DNA of 64,000 nt, taken from sequence record MT446416.1; one strand, 5' to 3'. Source of the stretch: Escherichia virus TH47. Shown here in pieces: positions 19,198 through 28,803 of the stretch. The notes beneath the pieces were generated by a model, which was not told the DNA's origin, searched no databases, and worked only from the letters and a program-made list of their open reading frames with translations. The position numbers and the translations under genes were made by a program. Position 1 is the first letter of the stretch; each line of letters starts with the position of its first letter.

Positions 19198-19246
19198 TTA
19201 TGGTTATCATACTAACATTGTATCACACTTTCTAAATTTGTCCCAT

Positions 19247-19277
19247 AAAAAAAGGGCTGACAGAAGTCAACCCTTTA
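19247..19277 (-). terminator. rho-independent terminator, conserved hairpin variant
   Basis: aaaaaaagggctgacagaagtcaaccctttaat just past the sigma-factor gene stop. Confidence 0.55.
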
Positions 19278-19280
19278 ATC

Positions 19281-20246
19281 TTAAAAATCTTCGAACTCAT
19301 AACCTTTTGTCTTAACCATCTTACGCAGTCGTTCCATTGCTTCAGAGTACTTACGGTGCAATGAAGAACGAGCAGTCATGACCTTACCCTTCTCATCTTC
19401 AAAACCACTCTCAATGATTTCTCGTAGCGTTTCTGGTTCAGAATAAGAACCAATACCATGTACACGTTCAATCAATTCACGGTCTTTGGCAGATAGGTTA
19501 CTCATCATTTCTGCAATACTTTGTACCAGTGGGGTACTGACAGTTTCTACGCCTAAGTTGTAATCAGGTTCAACTGAAGTAACAATGTCAGATAATGTAC
19601 TTTCTGAATCATTACTCATTTTCATATTCAATGCTACATAAGTGTTATTGTAAGTTAGACAATTCTTAACGTGTTGAATCTCAATACCAGTCTCTTTTGA
19701 CACCATCTCAGGAGTTGGGTATTTACCATGTTTCCTTTGATACTCTTCAACACAACGTTTCACATAAATGTTATTAACACTCATATAACGTGGGAAATGC
19801 ACTAGATAATTAGCATCTGCACTTTCGTTATAGATTGTCATGTACACAGTTGTTGTTGCATATGTAATGAACTTAACATTTTTGGTAGTGTCGAACGTAT
19901 GAATTGCTCGCATTAAACCTTCAACACCATAAGAAATCTTATCTTCAAATGGGATAAAACATGTACATTTACGTGCAACACTTACTACCATTGGATAGTT
20001 GTAGCGAACCAAAAGGTCAATGTTCTTTTCAACGTCAATACCATCACGCACTGCTTGGATGAGCATTTCATTCGTTATACCTTTAGGGCGAGTTAAACTG
20101 ATACCTGTTTTTGGTTTCTCAAACTTGTGACCGTCATGTTCTTCTTCATCAACCGAATCTAGAGCCTCTAAGACGTTGACTTCTTCACTAGCAAAACACT
20201 CATCCAGTACTTCTTCAAAAATTGCATTTAAATCAAGCTTTTTCAC
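19281..20246 (-). CDS. sigma70-family RNA polymerase sigma factor (321 aa)
   Basis: Region 2-like LVRYNYPMVVSVARK...FITYATTTVYMTIYNE and region 4 HTH-like LSAKDRELIERVHGIGSYSEPETLREI...ERLRKM. Confidence 0.7.
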   Translation of the reverse strand: MKKLDLNAIFEEVLDECFASEEVNVLEALDSVDEEEHDGHKFEKPKTGISLTRPKGITNEMLIQAVRDGIDVEKNIDLLVRYNYPMVVSVARKCTCFIPFEDKISYGVEGLMRAIHTFDTTKNVKFITYATTTVYMTIYNESADANYLVHFPRYMSVNNIYVKRCVEEYQRKHGKYPTPEMVSKETGIEIQHVKNCLTYNNTYVALNMKMSNDSESTLSDIVTSVEPDYNLGVETVSTPLVQSIAEMMSNLSAKDRELIERVHGIGSYSEPETLREIIESGFEDEKGKVMTARSSLHRKYSEAMERLRKMVKTKGYEFEDF

Positions 20247-20268
20247 TTACTTCTCCTAATGAATGAAA

Positions 20269-20766
20269 TCAAAAACGGTATACATTAATATTATCATCGG
20301 TATAGATATCATGGTTATGAACATCCATGAAGGTATCAAATACCTTATCAAGAAGAGTATTATACTCTTCATGTAATGCTGCATCAAGCATGTATTCACC
20401 ACCACTACCCATAAAGAATGTATAATCATTATGGAGATAATCAATCTTCTTGGTAAACTTACCCTTATTAATGATTAAGTGAATGATGTAATCTTTTGAC
20501 ACAAGAACACAGTGACAACTCGCCTTGCGGTCTGGTATCACAGTCTCTTGTGAAATCAAGTATCTCAGTACTTTGTTAATTTCACTAACCTCACCGCAAG
20601 CACTAAACAGTCGGTCGTGTACATACAATGTTTTTTGTGAAACTACACCATAACTAAGTTTTGGCTTCAACGGGAATAGGTTCAAAAATGAACGCTGCTC
20701 AGTTGATGTCACTTTTGAATCAGTAAGTAATACTCCCAAGCGTTTATCAATATAAACAGTTGTCAT
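20269..20766 (-). CDS. hypothetical protein (165 aa)
   Basis: ORF; preferred over the overlapping 20256..20444 frame. Confidence 0.5.
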   Translation of the reverse strand: MTTVYIDKRLGVLLTDSKVTSTEQRSFLNLFPLKPKLSYGVVSQKTLYVHDRLFSACGEVSEINKVLRYLISQETVIPDRKASCHCVLVSKDYIIHLIINKGKFTKKIDYLHNDYTFFMGSGGEYMLDAALHEEYNTLLDKVFDTFMDVHNHDIYTDDNINVYRF

Positions 20767-20767
20767 A

Positions 20768-21187
20768 TTAAACCTTATCTAAAAATTTAGCATAGATATA
20801 AAATTCTTTATCGTTGAATACATTAATTCTAATATCGAAGCGTTGAAGTGTATTCATGTATAATGAACTTTTTAAATAAAAATACAATGCAACAAATTCA
20901 GATATATGCATATTCTTTTTATTATTACATAAATTCTTTAGCATTTTAATGCTATCAAAATCATCTTTATCATATCTGTACTGGAAAAAATTGTATCTAT
21001 TTGAACGGCACTCATAGATGAGAAGGGCCATTATATCAATACATGCTTGAGATTTACAGTACTTATTCAATACAGGGTAATCACCAGTACATAATGCTAC
21101 GAAGATTTTATGTGCAAGTGTTGCTTTGCCTTCAATCGTATAATAGCCAAAAAATTTAATGATTAAGTAATGTATAAATCTAAGCAT
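20768..21187 (-). CDS. hypothetical protein (139 aa)
   Basis: ORF in gene series. Confidence 0.5.
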   Translation of the reverse strand: MLRFIHYLIIKFFGYYTIEGKATLAHKIFVALCTGDYPVLNKYCKSQACIDIMALLIYECRSNRYNFFQYRYDKDDFDSIKMLKNLCNNKKNMHISEFVALYFYLKSSLYMNTLQRFDIRINVFNDKEFYIYAKFLDKV

Positions 21188-21192
21188 TGGAT

Positions 21193-21453
21193 TTAGAATT
21201 TCTCCGAAATTACAAGTGTATCATCATAGTCATCAGCAACGGAGTTCAGTACTTCCAAATTACTTTCACCAGAAATACTTTGTACTTCGTTCAAAAGATA
21301 GTTTAGATCAACAGTTGTTACTTTTTCTGAATCAAACACACAGAAAGTCAATTCAGCGTTTGGACAGATCTTCTTCAGATTATCAGCAACAACTTGTTTG
21401 AAGTTAAAAGATGGGGAAGCAACCAGGTTAACTGCAACGAGAATAGATTTCAT
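21193..21453 (-). CDS. hypothetical protein (86 aa)
   Basis: ORF in gene series. Confidence 0.45.
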   Translation of the reverse strand: MKSILVAVNLVASPSFNFKQVVADNLKKICPNAELTFCVFDSEKVTTVDLNYLLNEVQSISGESNLEVLNSVADDYDDTLVISEKF

Positions 21454-21527
21454 AATGTTTTCCTTTTTAGCTGATAATTAAATTAGGAGCACATTGTACT
21501 CCATGTTATTGGTTAAGTCAAATACTT

Positions 21528-21779
21528 TTAGATACCGAGTACTGAATTCAATTCTTTACGCTTGTTATATGAATCAGATTCAAACTTGCTTTTCTTATTG
21601 AAAAGGGATTCGATATCCTTATAGATAGCTTCGATGGATTTAGTTACAACCCATTCGGATTCCTGAAGCATAGCTTGAAGACGTGCGTACTCAACTTTGA
21701 TAGTACTGCGAAGTTCTTCACAAGCTTCTTCGTTCTTAATTAGTGCTTCACTAAGTTCTTTGACCTTATCGATGTTCAT
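21528..21779 (-). CDS. hypothetical coiled-coil-like protein (83 aa)
   Basis: ORF in gene series. Confidence 0.45.
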   Translation of the reverse strand: MNIDKVKELSEALIKNEEACEELRSTIKVEYARLQAMLQESEWVVTKSIEAIYKDIESLFNKKSKFESDSYNKRKELNSVLGI

Positions 21780-21838
21780 AAGTTCCTTACCATTTCCTAG
21801 TTTTGATGTAATAATTATATATCTCTCAATAACTCACG

Positions 21839-22270
21839 TCAACTGTTTTCCGTACCTTTCTCTGCCATTTTGGTGATGTGCCATTTGAGTACTGATTTGT
21901 GTACCATAAAAAATGTGAATGCAAAGACTGTAATGGCTGCTGAAGTAACACTATTAGATAAAGACCCAAGTTGGATGTTAGTACCTAAAATAACAATAAA
22001 TGGATACAACACAATAAATCTACTGTAAGGTTCGTCTCCAGTATCACGGATAAATACAAGCCTTTCATGATCAGTATCCATTGTGACAATTACAATTGGA
22101 AAGAACATAAGTGCAGACATAAGAGCAATACCAATTTGTGCTACATTGGAAATTGTAAACCACAAAGGATTTAAACCATATGAAATGTTATTTTCAGTAC
22201 AGTAATATCCGAATGTATTGAATGTACAAACTAAAAATACAAAAATGCAAATCTTATTGTATGCCCTCAT
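21839..22270 (-). CDS. multi-pass membrane protein (143 aa)
   Basis: Several hydrophobic segments. Confidence 0.5.
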   Translation of the reverse strand: MRAYNKICIFVFLVCTFNTFGYYCTENNISYGLNPLWFTISNVAQIGIALMSALMFFPIVIVTMDTDHERLVFIRDTGDEPYSRFIVLYPFIVILGTNIQLGSLSNSVTSAAITVFAFTFFMVHKSVLKWHITKMAEKGTENS

Positions 22271-22704
22271 TTGTTTAGCTCCGTTAATTTTCGTTTAACT
22301 TCAAGATCATAATACTCATCAGCATATGAGTTTTGAACAGTTCTTGTATATTCCAACATTACAAACATAGAACCACACACCCACAGATAAGTATAGTAAT
22401 CAAATACAAAAGCATAGATAATACATGGTATTAAAATAAATGTAAACACAAAACTATATCTCTTAGTACCGAATACTTTAACAAAAAGCAGACGGCGGTA
22501 ATCACGTGCAAATGTATGAATACATATAGAAAATATAATCAATGAATACCATGAAATGCCCTGGATTACACCTGAAACATTTACAAGTTTATGTCCGTCT
22601 GGAAACCCCAGTGCATTAAGCACTGGAGCCATAACCCAACCAATAATAGCAATAAGAAATAGATACTTTGCATTGCTAAGTGTGAACATTATTTCAGTCC
22701 CCAT
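22267..22704 (-). CDS. multi-pass membrane protein (145 aa)
   Basis: Several hydrophobic segments; 4-nt overlap with downstream gene. Confidence 0.5.
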   Translation of the reverse strand: MGTEIMFTLSNAKYLFLIAIIGWVMAPVLNALGFPDGHKLVNVSGVIQGISWYSLIIFSICIHTFARDYRRLLFVKVFGTKRYSFVFTFILIPCIIYAFVFDYYTYLWVCGSMFVMLEYTRTVQNSYADEYYDLEVKRKLTELNK

Positions 22705-23147
22705 GCCTTTTTAATAGCATCCACTGCGTTCTGGTCTACGACTTCCTGTTTAGTAGCACTGGCTTGTAGTTTATCAACTACATAGTTCTTAGCATCTTTT
22801 TCAATCATAAACTTACCATCAACTAAACACCCAAATACTTTAGAGTTACGTGCTGGGTATGTCCCGATTTCATCAAGAGTACGAACTTTCTTATCAACTA
22901 CAATTGCTTTGATGTAACCAGTTTCCAGTACTGTAGTAATGACAGTCATTTCGATTGCAATTGGTGACTCTTCCCAGAATGCAATCCACTTTGTGAAGCT
23001 GCGATCCGGTGAATCTTTTGTTGGCTTCAGTTTAATTGCACTGTTGAAAATGTACTGCTTGAATCCATCTTCAACCACTTCACTGATACTTAGGTAACCT
23101 TCACGTTCTTCTGCGTTGCGTTTGAATTGAGTAGCTAATACGTCCAT
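22689..23147 (-). CDS. hypothetical protein (152 aa)
   Basis: ORF in gene series. Confidence 0.5.
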   Translation of the reverse strand: MDVLATQFKRNAEEREGYLSISEVVEDGFKQYIFNSAIKLKPTKDSPDRSFTKWIAFWEESPIAIEMTVITTVLETGYIKAIVVDKKVRTLDEIGTYPARNSKVFGCLVDGKFMIEKDAKNYVVDKLQASATKQEVVDQNAVDAIKKAWGLK

Positions 23148-23200
23148 CGTTAAATCCTCTTGTCAGTTATTGCGGTACGAAGCTATTATACTACCATTTA

Positions 23201-23644
23201 CTATTTGGAGTCAACACATTTCAACAAGTATTTTTCTATGTATCTTATATGTGATGGTGGTAACAGTAAGTTTTCGTATCTAACCCTGTACACACTACAA
23301 TCTCCTAGATGAAAATGACTGGTAGGATACAAGTCAGTTCTAATACTAACACGTTTACGATTATCAGTAAAGTTAATTAATGATTTTGGATTGTTATTAG
23401 CATGAGTTCTTACAAAGTATTCAATTTCATTGAGTGCTTTTTCGTCGTATACATACTTGTCAAACACACCTAGTGTAAAGTACCTTGGATGGTACATATA
23501 TGAGAATAACAATGCAGGAATATACTTCTTTATCCCTTCGTGTTTTGCAATAGCTGAAGCATATGCAAAATGTGATGCATCAGAGAAGATGTTAAGAAAA
23601 ATGAAATATGACACTAATAAACCTAGAATCAGCAAAAGTGTCAT
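23201..23644 (-). CDS. membrane-anchored hypothetical protein (147 aa)
   Basis: N-terminal hydrophobic helix. Confidence 0.5.
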   Translation of the reverse strand: MTLLLILGLLVSYFIFLNIFSDASHFAYASAIAKHEGIKKYIPALLFSYMYHPRYFTLGVFDKYVYDEKALNEIEYFVRTHANNNPKSLINFTDNRKRVSIRTDLYPTSHFHLGDCSVYRVRYENLLLPPSHIRYIEKYLLKCVDSK

Positions 23645-24105
23645 TCAAAACCTCTGTATTTTTCATATACTTCAACACATTCCATGATCTTGTCATCATC
23701 AGTCATGTCATAACCCTGAAGAAATTCTTCTTTATCAACATTAGCAGCCATCATGTCATCATCCGAAATCCTTGAATCATAGAATGTGTACATATCTTTA
23801 TAGTACTGCTTGTTGTGCTGTTCATCCTTAACCTTAGCATACCCAGCACAAAACGATGGTGATTTAACTACATTCCATTTATGCTTTTTGATAGGCTTAT
23901 CATTAGCATGTTTTTCACGGTATTGCTGGCGGTAACGTTCACGCATCTCAGGCATGTATTCTTCCGCAGTACGTTTTGGTTGGGCTTTCCCTGTTCCAAT
24001 CGTCTTGATTGTTTGACGCTGGTCTTCCGCATGTACTGGTGCAACAAAGCAGGAAGTACTGAATACAACAGCAGTGATTACTAGAAAGTGTTTAAACATA
24101 ATCAA
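23641..24105 (-). CDS. secreted protein (154 aa)
   Basis: Signal peptide MFKHFLVITAVVFSTSCFVAPVHA followed by ED. Confidence 0.55.
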   Translation of the reverse strand: MIMFKHFLVITAVVFSTSCFVAPVHAEDQRQTIKTIGTGKAQPKRTAEEYMPEMRERYRQQYREKHANDKPIKKHKWNVVKSPSFCAGYAKVKDEQHNKQYYKDMYTFYDSRISDDDMMAANVDKEEFLQGYDMTDDDKIMECVEVYEKYRGFE

Positions 24106-24329
24106 ACCTCTTTTACAATAATGTCGATTTGCACAGGAATAGCAATCTCACTATTGCATGAATAAACATCTGCACAGTACTCAATATCTAGTACTTCATA
24201 GTATTTTTCAAAGCCACAGATTGTAAGATTCAACGTAGCACCAATAGCTGGCAATACGGGAAAGGATAAAAATGCAATTTTAGAATTAAATTCTTCATTA
24301 ATATCTTGATATACAGTGGCAGTAATCAT
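24102..24329 (-). CDS. hypothetical protein (75 aa)
   Basis: ORF in gene series. Confidence 0.45.
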   Translation of the reverse strand: MITATVYQDINEEFNSKIAFLSFPVLPAIGATLNLTICGFEKYYEVLDIEYCADVYSCNSEIAIPVQIDIIVKEV

Positions 24330-24910
24330 AATGGTAACTCCTGAAGTGGTTTAATAATACTCAGTACTGGGTGATTTTCAATCATCGGTCGCCCTGGTAC
24401 ACCTGTTAGCACAACTGGAATCGAACTAATGTCTTTTACATAGTTGAATCCCTCAAATGTGAATTCTTGCTTTTTCTCATTATACAATACCCACAGAATA
24501 ACGTCAGCTTTTTTCTGTATATTTTTTAACTGTCGAGTACTAACACATGGTCCAAAGTCTGTCCACGATTTGTACTTGATACCTTTCACTTCAATTCTTA
24601 AGTTGTTTACTTTGATATCACATTCACCATCACGACCATCACTTTGGAACGCTGGATCAATGTTAAGTGCAATACCTGAATAGTTTTCAATTTCATTAAA
24701 AAGTACAAATGATGCATGTTCACATACCATCCCTACAAAATGACTGTGAGCGTGATTAAATCCATACGGCGATTTACTTGCAGGTGCAAGAATCTTATAT
24801 CGTTCAGATTTCTCAATTGCTTTAGCCATAAAAGAATCAGCTTCATCTTTGTATAGCTTAACAGTCATTTTGCCATTTTTCAGTACTAAACGTTTTTCTA
24901 CAACACTCAT
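24326..24910 (-). CDS. hypothetical protein (194 aa)
   Basis: ORF in gene series. Confidence 0.55.
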   Translation of the reverse strand: MSVVEKRLVLKNGKMTVKLYKDEADSFMAKAIEKSERYKILAPASKSPYGFNHAHSHFVGMVCEHASFVLFNEIENYSGIALNIDPAFQSDGRDGECDIKVNNLRIEVKGIKYKSWTDFGPCVSTRQLKNIQKKADVILWVLYNEKKQEFTFEGFNYVKDISSIPVVLTGVPGRPMIENHPVLSIIKPLQELPL

Positions 24911-24974
24911 AAAATCCCCTTATTGATATTCCATTTAAGTATACGTCAAAAACACAACTCAGTCAAGGTGCTTT

Positions 24975-25004
24975 TTTACCTATCCAGAATAAATACGTTA
25001 TAAT
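24975..25004 (+). promoter_or_regulatory. putative plus-strand promoter (TTTACC-N18-TATAAT)
   Basis: tataat at 24999-25004 with a weak -35; ggaggg SD at 25017-25022 before ATG 25027. Confidence 0.35.
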
Positions 25005-25026
25005 AATTATACCAATGGAGGGATGA

Positions 25027-26184
25027 ATGTCAAGATCGATTGCTGCTGCTGGACGATATAAGTTCGGTGAATGTGGATATGTAGTCGATGGTGCAATTCT
25101 CAACGATGGGACTAAACTCAAAAATGTTCGAATCTATCGTCATAGAAGCCATAGATTATATGATTTACTTGATCCTGTAAGTAATGTAATTTATCGTAAA
25201 GTACAAATTACAACAAAGGATATACAAGGATATCAATTAAACTACAACAAAACTAATGATCAAATCCTAAGTGAAATAAGAAAGAACTCTTTTTTCGTAA
25301 GAGGATACTCAGATGCTAAACTTGAATCAGATCCTACTGGGTTTGTTTATAAGTTTCTTTTGCACAAAACAATTCTAGGTAGTTCACAAACACTATATAA
25401 TATGTACACCCCTGAATGCGGGATTATAGATAGAGATATAGACAACATCCTTATGTTCCCAACGTTCGTAGGTGATGATTTGGTAGGTGGTCGCCTATTC
25501 AACGCAGGTTCAGCCATTGATACAACTGGAATGCGTATTACCGTTATACTTCCTGACGGAACCGAGTACTTCACAACTGAAATAATTGATGATGTTTTTA
25601 GTATTCCAGTTGATCCAATTACTCAATCCGGTAAAGGAACCATCATACTCACTTCTGACATATATAATACCAAAACTATTGAATTTGATATACTAGAAAG
25701 CGGCGAAGATATTGACTTCGTTACTTCAGTACTTCTATCTCAGTTTGAGTACACGTCCGATGGTATGTACATGGCAACTGTACCAGCTACTGTGCATGAG
25801 CGTGGTGAGTATCTTGCTCTACAAGCATACAGTGGTGATTTATTCCAAATTGGAGTAGACCTCATTGTAGATCCTAGCGGTAATATTACTGTGTACCAAA
25901 CTGATGATGCTCCAATCTCATTGAGTATTATTGGTAAAACCTTACACACCACTCCATATCACAACACGTATACTGATAGTGATTGGGTAGTTGATGGTGA
26001 TTCTATGTACACACTGTCCATTCCTGCCAGTGAACATGGTAAAATCCTCCCACAAGTTCAAGTCTATGCTGAAGACAATCACGTTGTACTAAGTGAAGTT
26101 GAACTAGATGCCGATGATAATGTTGTATTAAAAGTTGTTGAACCATTTGGCTGTACTGTAGTCATTGTTGGTTATAACGCATAA
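25027..26184 (+). CDS. hypothetical protein (385 aa), the only long plus-strand gene; beta-rich, possibly structural or surface-binding
   Basis: Long ORF with strong SD ggaggg; followed by a bidirectional hairpin terminator; rich in T/V/D/G/Y. Confidence 0.6.
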   Translation: MSRSIAAAGRYKFGECGYVVDGAILNDGTKLKNVRIYRHRSHRLYDLLDPVSNVIYRKVQITTKDIQGYQLNYNKTNDQILSEIRKNSFFVRGYSDAKLESDPTGFVYKFLLHKTILGSSQTLYNMYTPECGIIDRDIDNILMFPTFVGDDLVGGRLFNAGSAIDTTGMRITVILPDGTEYFTTEIIDDVFSIPVDPITQSGKGTIILTSDIYNTKTIEFDILESGEDIDFVTSVLLSQFEYTSDGMYMATVPATVHERGEYLALQAYSGDLFQIGVDLIVDPSGNITVYQTDDAPISLSIIGKTLHTTPYHNTYTDSDWVVDGDSMYTLSIPASEHGKILPQVQVYAEDNHVVLSEVELDADDNVVLKVVEPFGCTVVIVGYNA

Positions 26185-26220
26185 CAAAAAAGCCACTACA
26201 ATGTAGTGGCTTTTCTTTTA
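26185..26220. terminator. bidirectional rho-independent terminator between convergent genes
   Basis: aaaaaagccactacaatgtagtggcttttctttt hairpin flanked by A-run and T-run. Confidence 0.6.
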
Positions 26221-26228
26221 TCTATATC

Positions 26229-27053
26229 TTATTTGAAGTTTTTACGTAGAACTTCTTCCAGTGTTTGTTCTGGATTAGCAATTGCAACAGTGTAAATCAA
26301 ATCTTTGAATGCCTGTACTGCTTGCTCAGTTGCTTCTTTACCGAAGTTAGCTGAAATACTGCTAAACATATTTTCAGCACGTTCAGAACTAATTAGTTCA
26401 TTAACAAAGGTATCAATCTCTTTTTTGAGTTGTCCAGTTGTCATGTCACCAATTAGCATTTCATCAACTTCTGGCTTTTCATCAGTACTAACACGTACAT
26501 TTGTAAAGCCAAATACATCATCCAGTGAACCAAAACTATGTTTAACTTTAGAAACAATAGATGGCTTGGTGCGTTCTACTGGTTCTACTGGTTCTTCTTG
26601 TTTCTCTTCAGAATCAGTACTTGATTCGTATGGCTTGGTGAACATATGAGTGAGAACGTCATCAATGTTTTTAATCATACCTTCAACACGTTCTTCAGTT
26701 TTCTTAGTAACTTCTTTGAATGCTTGCTCAAGTAGACGATCTTGAACTGTAGTACGTACATCACCAACAACACCACGTAATTTTTCATTACACTGGTCTA
26801 GAATTGATAATAGTTCACCACTTTTAATTTTGTCAACCAATAAATCAAGGTCAGATTTAACTTCAGGTTTCTTCTCAATACCATTTAGTAAGCTGTTAAG
26901 CTCTTGAGCACCCTCAATCGCTTCTTGATGACTGGTAAATTGAACAGGCACATCAACACCATCTAGAACGATATTGAGTACTTTACCATCTACATAAGCG
27001 TAAGAGTAATATTCTTTTTTGAAGGAAATGGTTTTGAAGAAAATGTTGCTCAT
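26229..27053 (-). CDS. hypothetical protein (274 aa)
   Basis: Long ORF, acidic and helical-looking. Confidence 0.55.
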   Translation of the reverse strand: MSNIFFKTISFKKEYYSYAYVDGKVLNIVLDGVDVPVQFTSHQEAIEGAQELNSLLNGIEKKPEVKSDLDLLVDKIKSGELLSILDQCNEKLRGVVGDVRTTVQDRLLEQAFKEVTKKTEERVEGMIKNIDDVLTHMFTKPYESSTDSEEKQEEPVEPVERTKPSIVSKVKHSFGSLDDVFGFTNVRVSTDEKPEVDEMLIGDMTTGQLKKEIDTFVNELISSERAENMFSSISANFGKEATEQAVQAFKDLIYTVAIANPEQTLEEVLRKNFK

Positions 27054-27064
27054 ATTGTTACTCC

Positions 27065-27406
27065 TTATTTCCCAGATGCTGGGTATGTTTTAAACATATA
27101 GTGACATTGTACTAAATCATTGAATTTCAATCCAAAATCTTTAGTACCCATCAGTGTGTGATAAAAATAATGTGAAATCTCATTGGTTTCTGCATCTTTA
27201 ATATAGATACCGAACTCGGTACAGCAGAACTGAACGACTTCATTATAACCTACTAATTTCGAAACAACAAGTACTTGATCATAAGAATTTGCATCAAAAC
27301 GAATGATATACATATCTTCAGTTTCAGGATGCACAATCATACCACCACGTGAAATGATTTTGACAAAATTCTCGCTCAAGTACTGAATTGTTGAACTCAT
27401 GTCCAT
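27065..27406 (-). CDS. hypothetical protein (113 aa)
   Basis: ORF in gene series. Confidence 0.5.
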   Translation of the reverse strand: MDMSSTIQYLSENFVKIISRGGMIVHPETEDMYIIRFDANSYDQVLVVSKLVGYNEVVQFCCTEFGIYIKDAETNEISHYFYHTLMGTKDFGLKFNDLVQCHYMFKTYPASGK

Positions 27407-27616
27407 CTACGACTCCTTGCGTATAACACGTCCTGTTAAGTGCTCATCTGCACAGAACTTCATTATAAATGCCTTAAGATAGAAGTTGTCTAAGATGCGG
27501 TATGCTTGCTTCTTCATAACAACTTCCTTCTTTTCTACATCTACAATTATATCATGTTCTTCATGAAGTTCCTGGATCATTTTGTAAGTTTGGAAATTTA
27601 GTACGCTCATAACCAC
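27407..27616 (-). CDS. hypothetical protein (69 aa)
   Basis: Small ORF; start uncertain. Confidence 0.35.
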   Translation of the reverse strand: MVMSVLNFQTYKMIQELHEEHDIIVDVEKKEVVMKKQAYRILDNFYLKAFIMKFCADEHLTGRVIRKES

Positions 27617-27926
27617 CTATATCCTCCATTTCCCATAAAATTCCAATCGCAACTGAAAGATCATGGTGAATTTGAAAATAGCCATGTGCAGCAGTGTAGA
27701 TATAACCATGCTTGGTTATTGCATAACCCCACTTCTTACTCTCCGAATGCATCGCACGCTTCAATGCATATGGTGATCGGGGTAGCTTCTCTGGCTCTGG
27801 CTCACGGTTTTCGTTGTAAATCTCTTGTTCGATTCTCAACGCTTTATGATATGAGTATACATGAATTAGACGACAAAGTACAATAGTAATGCAACAAATA
27901 ATTGTAAAATATATCAGATTAATCAT
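27561..27926 (-). CDS. membrane-anchored hypothetical protein (121 aa)
   Basis: N-terminal hydrophobic helix. Confidence 0.45.
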   Translation of the reverse strand: MINLIYFTIICCITIVLCRLIHVYSYHKALRIEQEIYNENREPEPEKLPRSPYALKRAMHSESKKWGYAITKHGYIYTAAHGYFQIHHDLSVAIGILWEMEDIGGYERTKFPNLQNDPGTS

Positions 27927-28342
27927 TTCAACCTCTGCATAGAAACGTACTCGTTGATTGCATCAACTAAATCATATCCAGACATCACCGTATCATTGAT
28001 GGTCACATTGTACTTTTTACGAACTTGTGTACCATCTGTTTTACTGTATAGTGATCCATCTGGTTGAATTGTTAAAGTATTGTTTAGAATAAAATCAAAC
28101 ATTTCTTCTTTTGATAGATTTACAGTACGTGTGTCAATATGATCAGTACTTACCAATTCACGAGTATGTTTGACACCGTACTCGGTGTGTTCACCTACAC
28201 TACGATGCAATACCTTTAACTGCTCGGCTGCTGTCTCTTCATCATAGACATGAATAGTTTCAGTACTGTATACAATATCTTGAATATTACCAGTACTTAC
28301 TTCTGTCCATGTATCTTTGAAATGTGTTTTGATTGTTTTCAT
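27923..28342 (-). CDS. hypothetical protein (139 aa)
   Basis: ORF in gene series. Confidence 0.5.
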   Translation of the reverse strand: MKTIKTHFKDTWTEVSTGNIQDIVYSTETIHVYDEETAAEQLKVLHRSVGEHTEYGVKHTRELVSTDHIDTRTVNLSKEEMFDFILNNTLTIQPDGSLYSKTDGTQVRKKYNVTINDTVMSGYDLVDAINEYVSMQRLK

Positions 28343-28353
28343 AGTAGTTCGTA

Positions 28354-28803
28354 TTAGTTATATGAAGTGAATAAATCAATATTTGCATCATCTACACTGA
28401 TTAATTTACCAGTTGAACTAACAAACACAATATTACCACCAGGGGTGAGTTGAACACGCTGGTTTACTGAATATTGATCACTAAGGTTATAATTAGCCCA
28501 TTCAACTACATAACGCTGTTCAACACCATTAGTATCATAAAGATAAACGTGTGTAACATCACGCATTTTTAAACGTTCTAGTAGTGTTGAGTTATCCATG
28601 AAATCAGATGGTGTGTCACTACGTAATGCGATACCGAACTCACCAATACCAGTACGAATAGTTAGACCGTTGGAAAAACGACTACAAAGAGTTTTCTCGT
28701 CAGCAATATGCATCCATAAAACATTCTTTACTTCAATCTCAATGAACTCACAATTTTCAAAAACTAAACCTACTTTAGAAACCTTACCATTAAATTGCAT
28801 CAT
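28354..28803 (-). CDS. hypothetical protein (149 aa)
   Basis: ORF in gene series. Confidence 0.5.
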   Translation of the reverse strand: MMQFNGKVSKVGLVFENCEFIEIEVKNVLWMHIADEKTLCSRFSNGLTIRTGIGEFGIALRSDTPSDFMDNSTLLERLKMRDVTHVYLYDTNGVEQRYVVEWANYNLSDQYSVNQRVQLTPGGNIVFVSSTGKLISVDDANIDLFTSYN

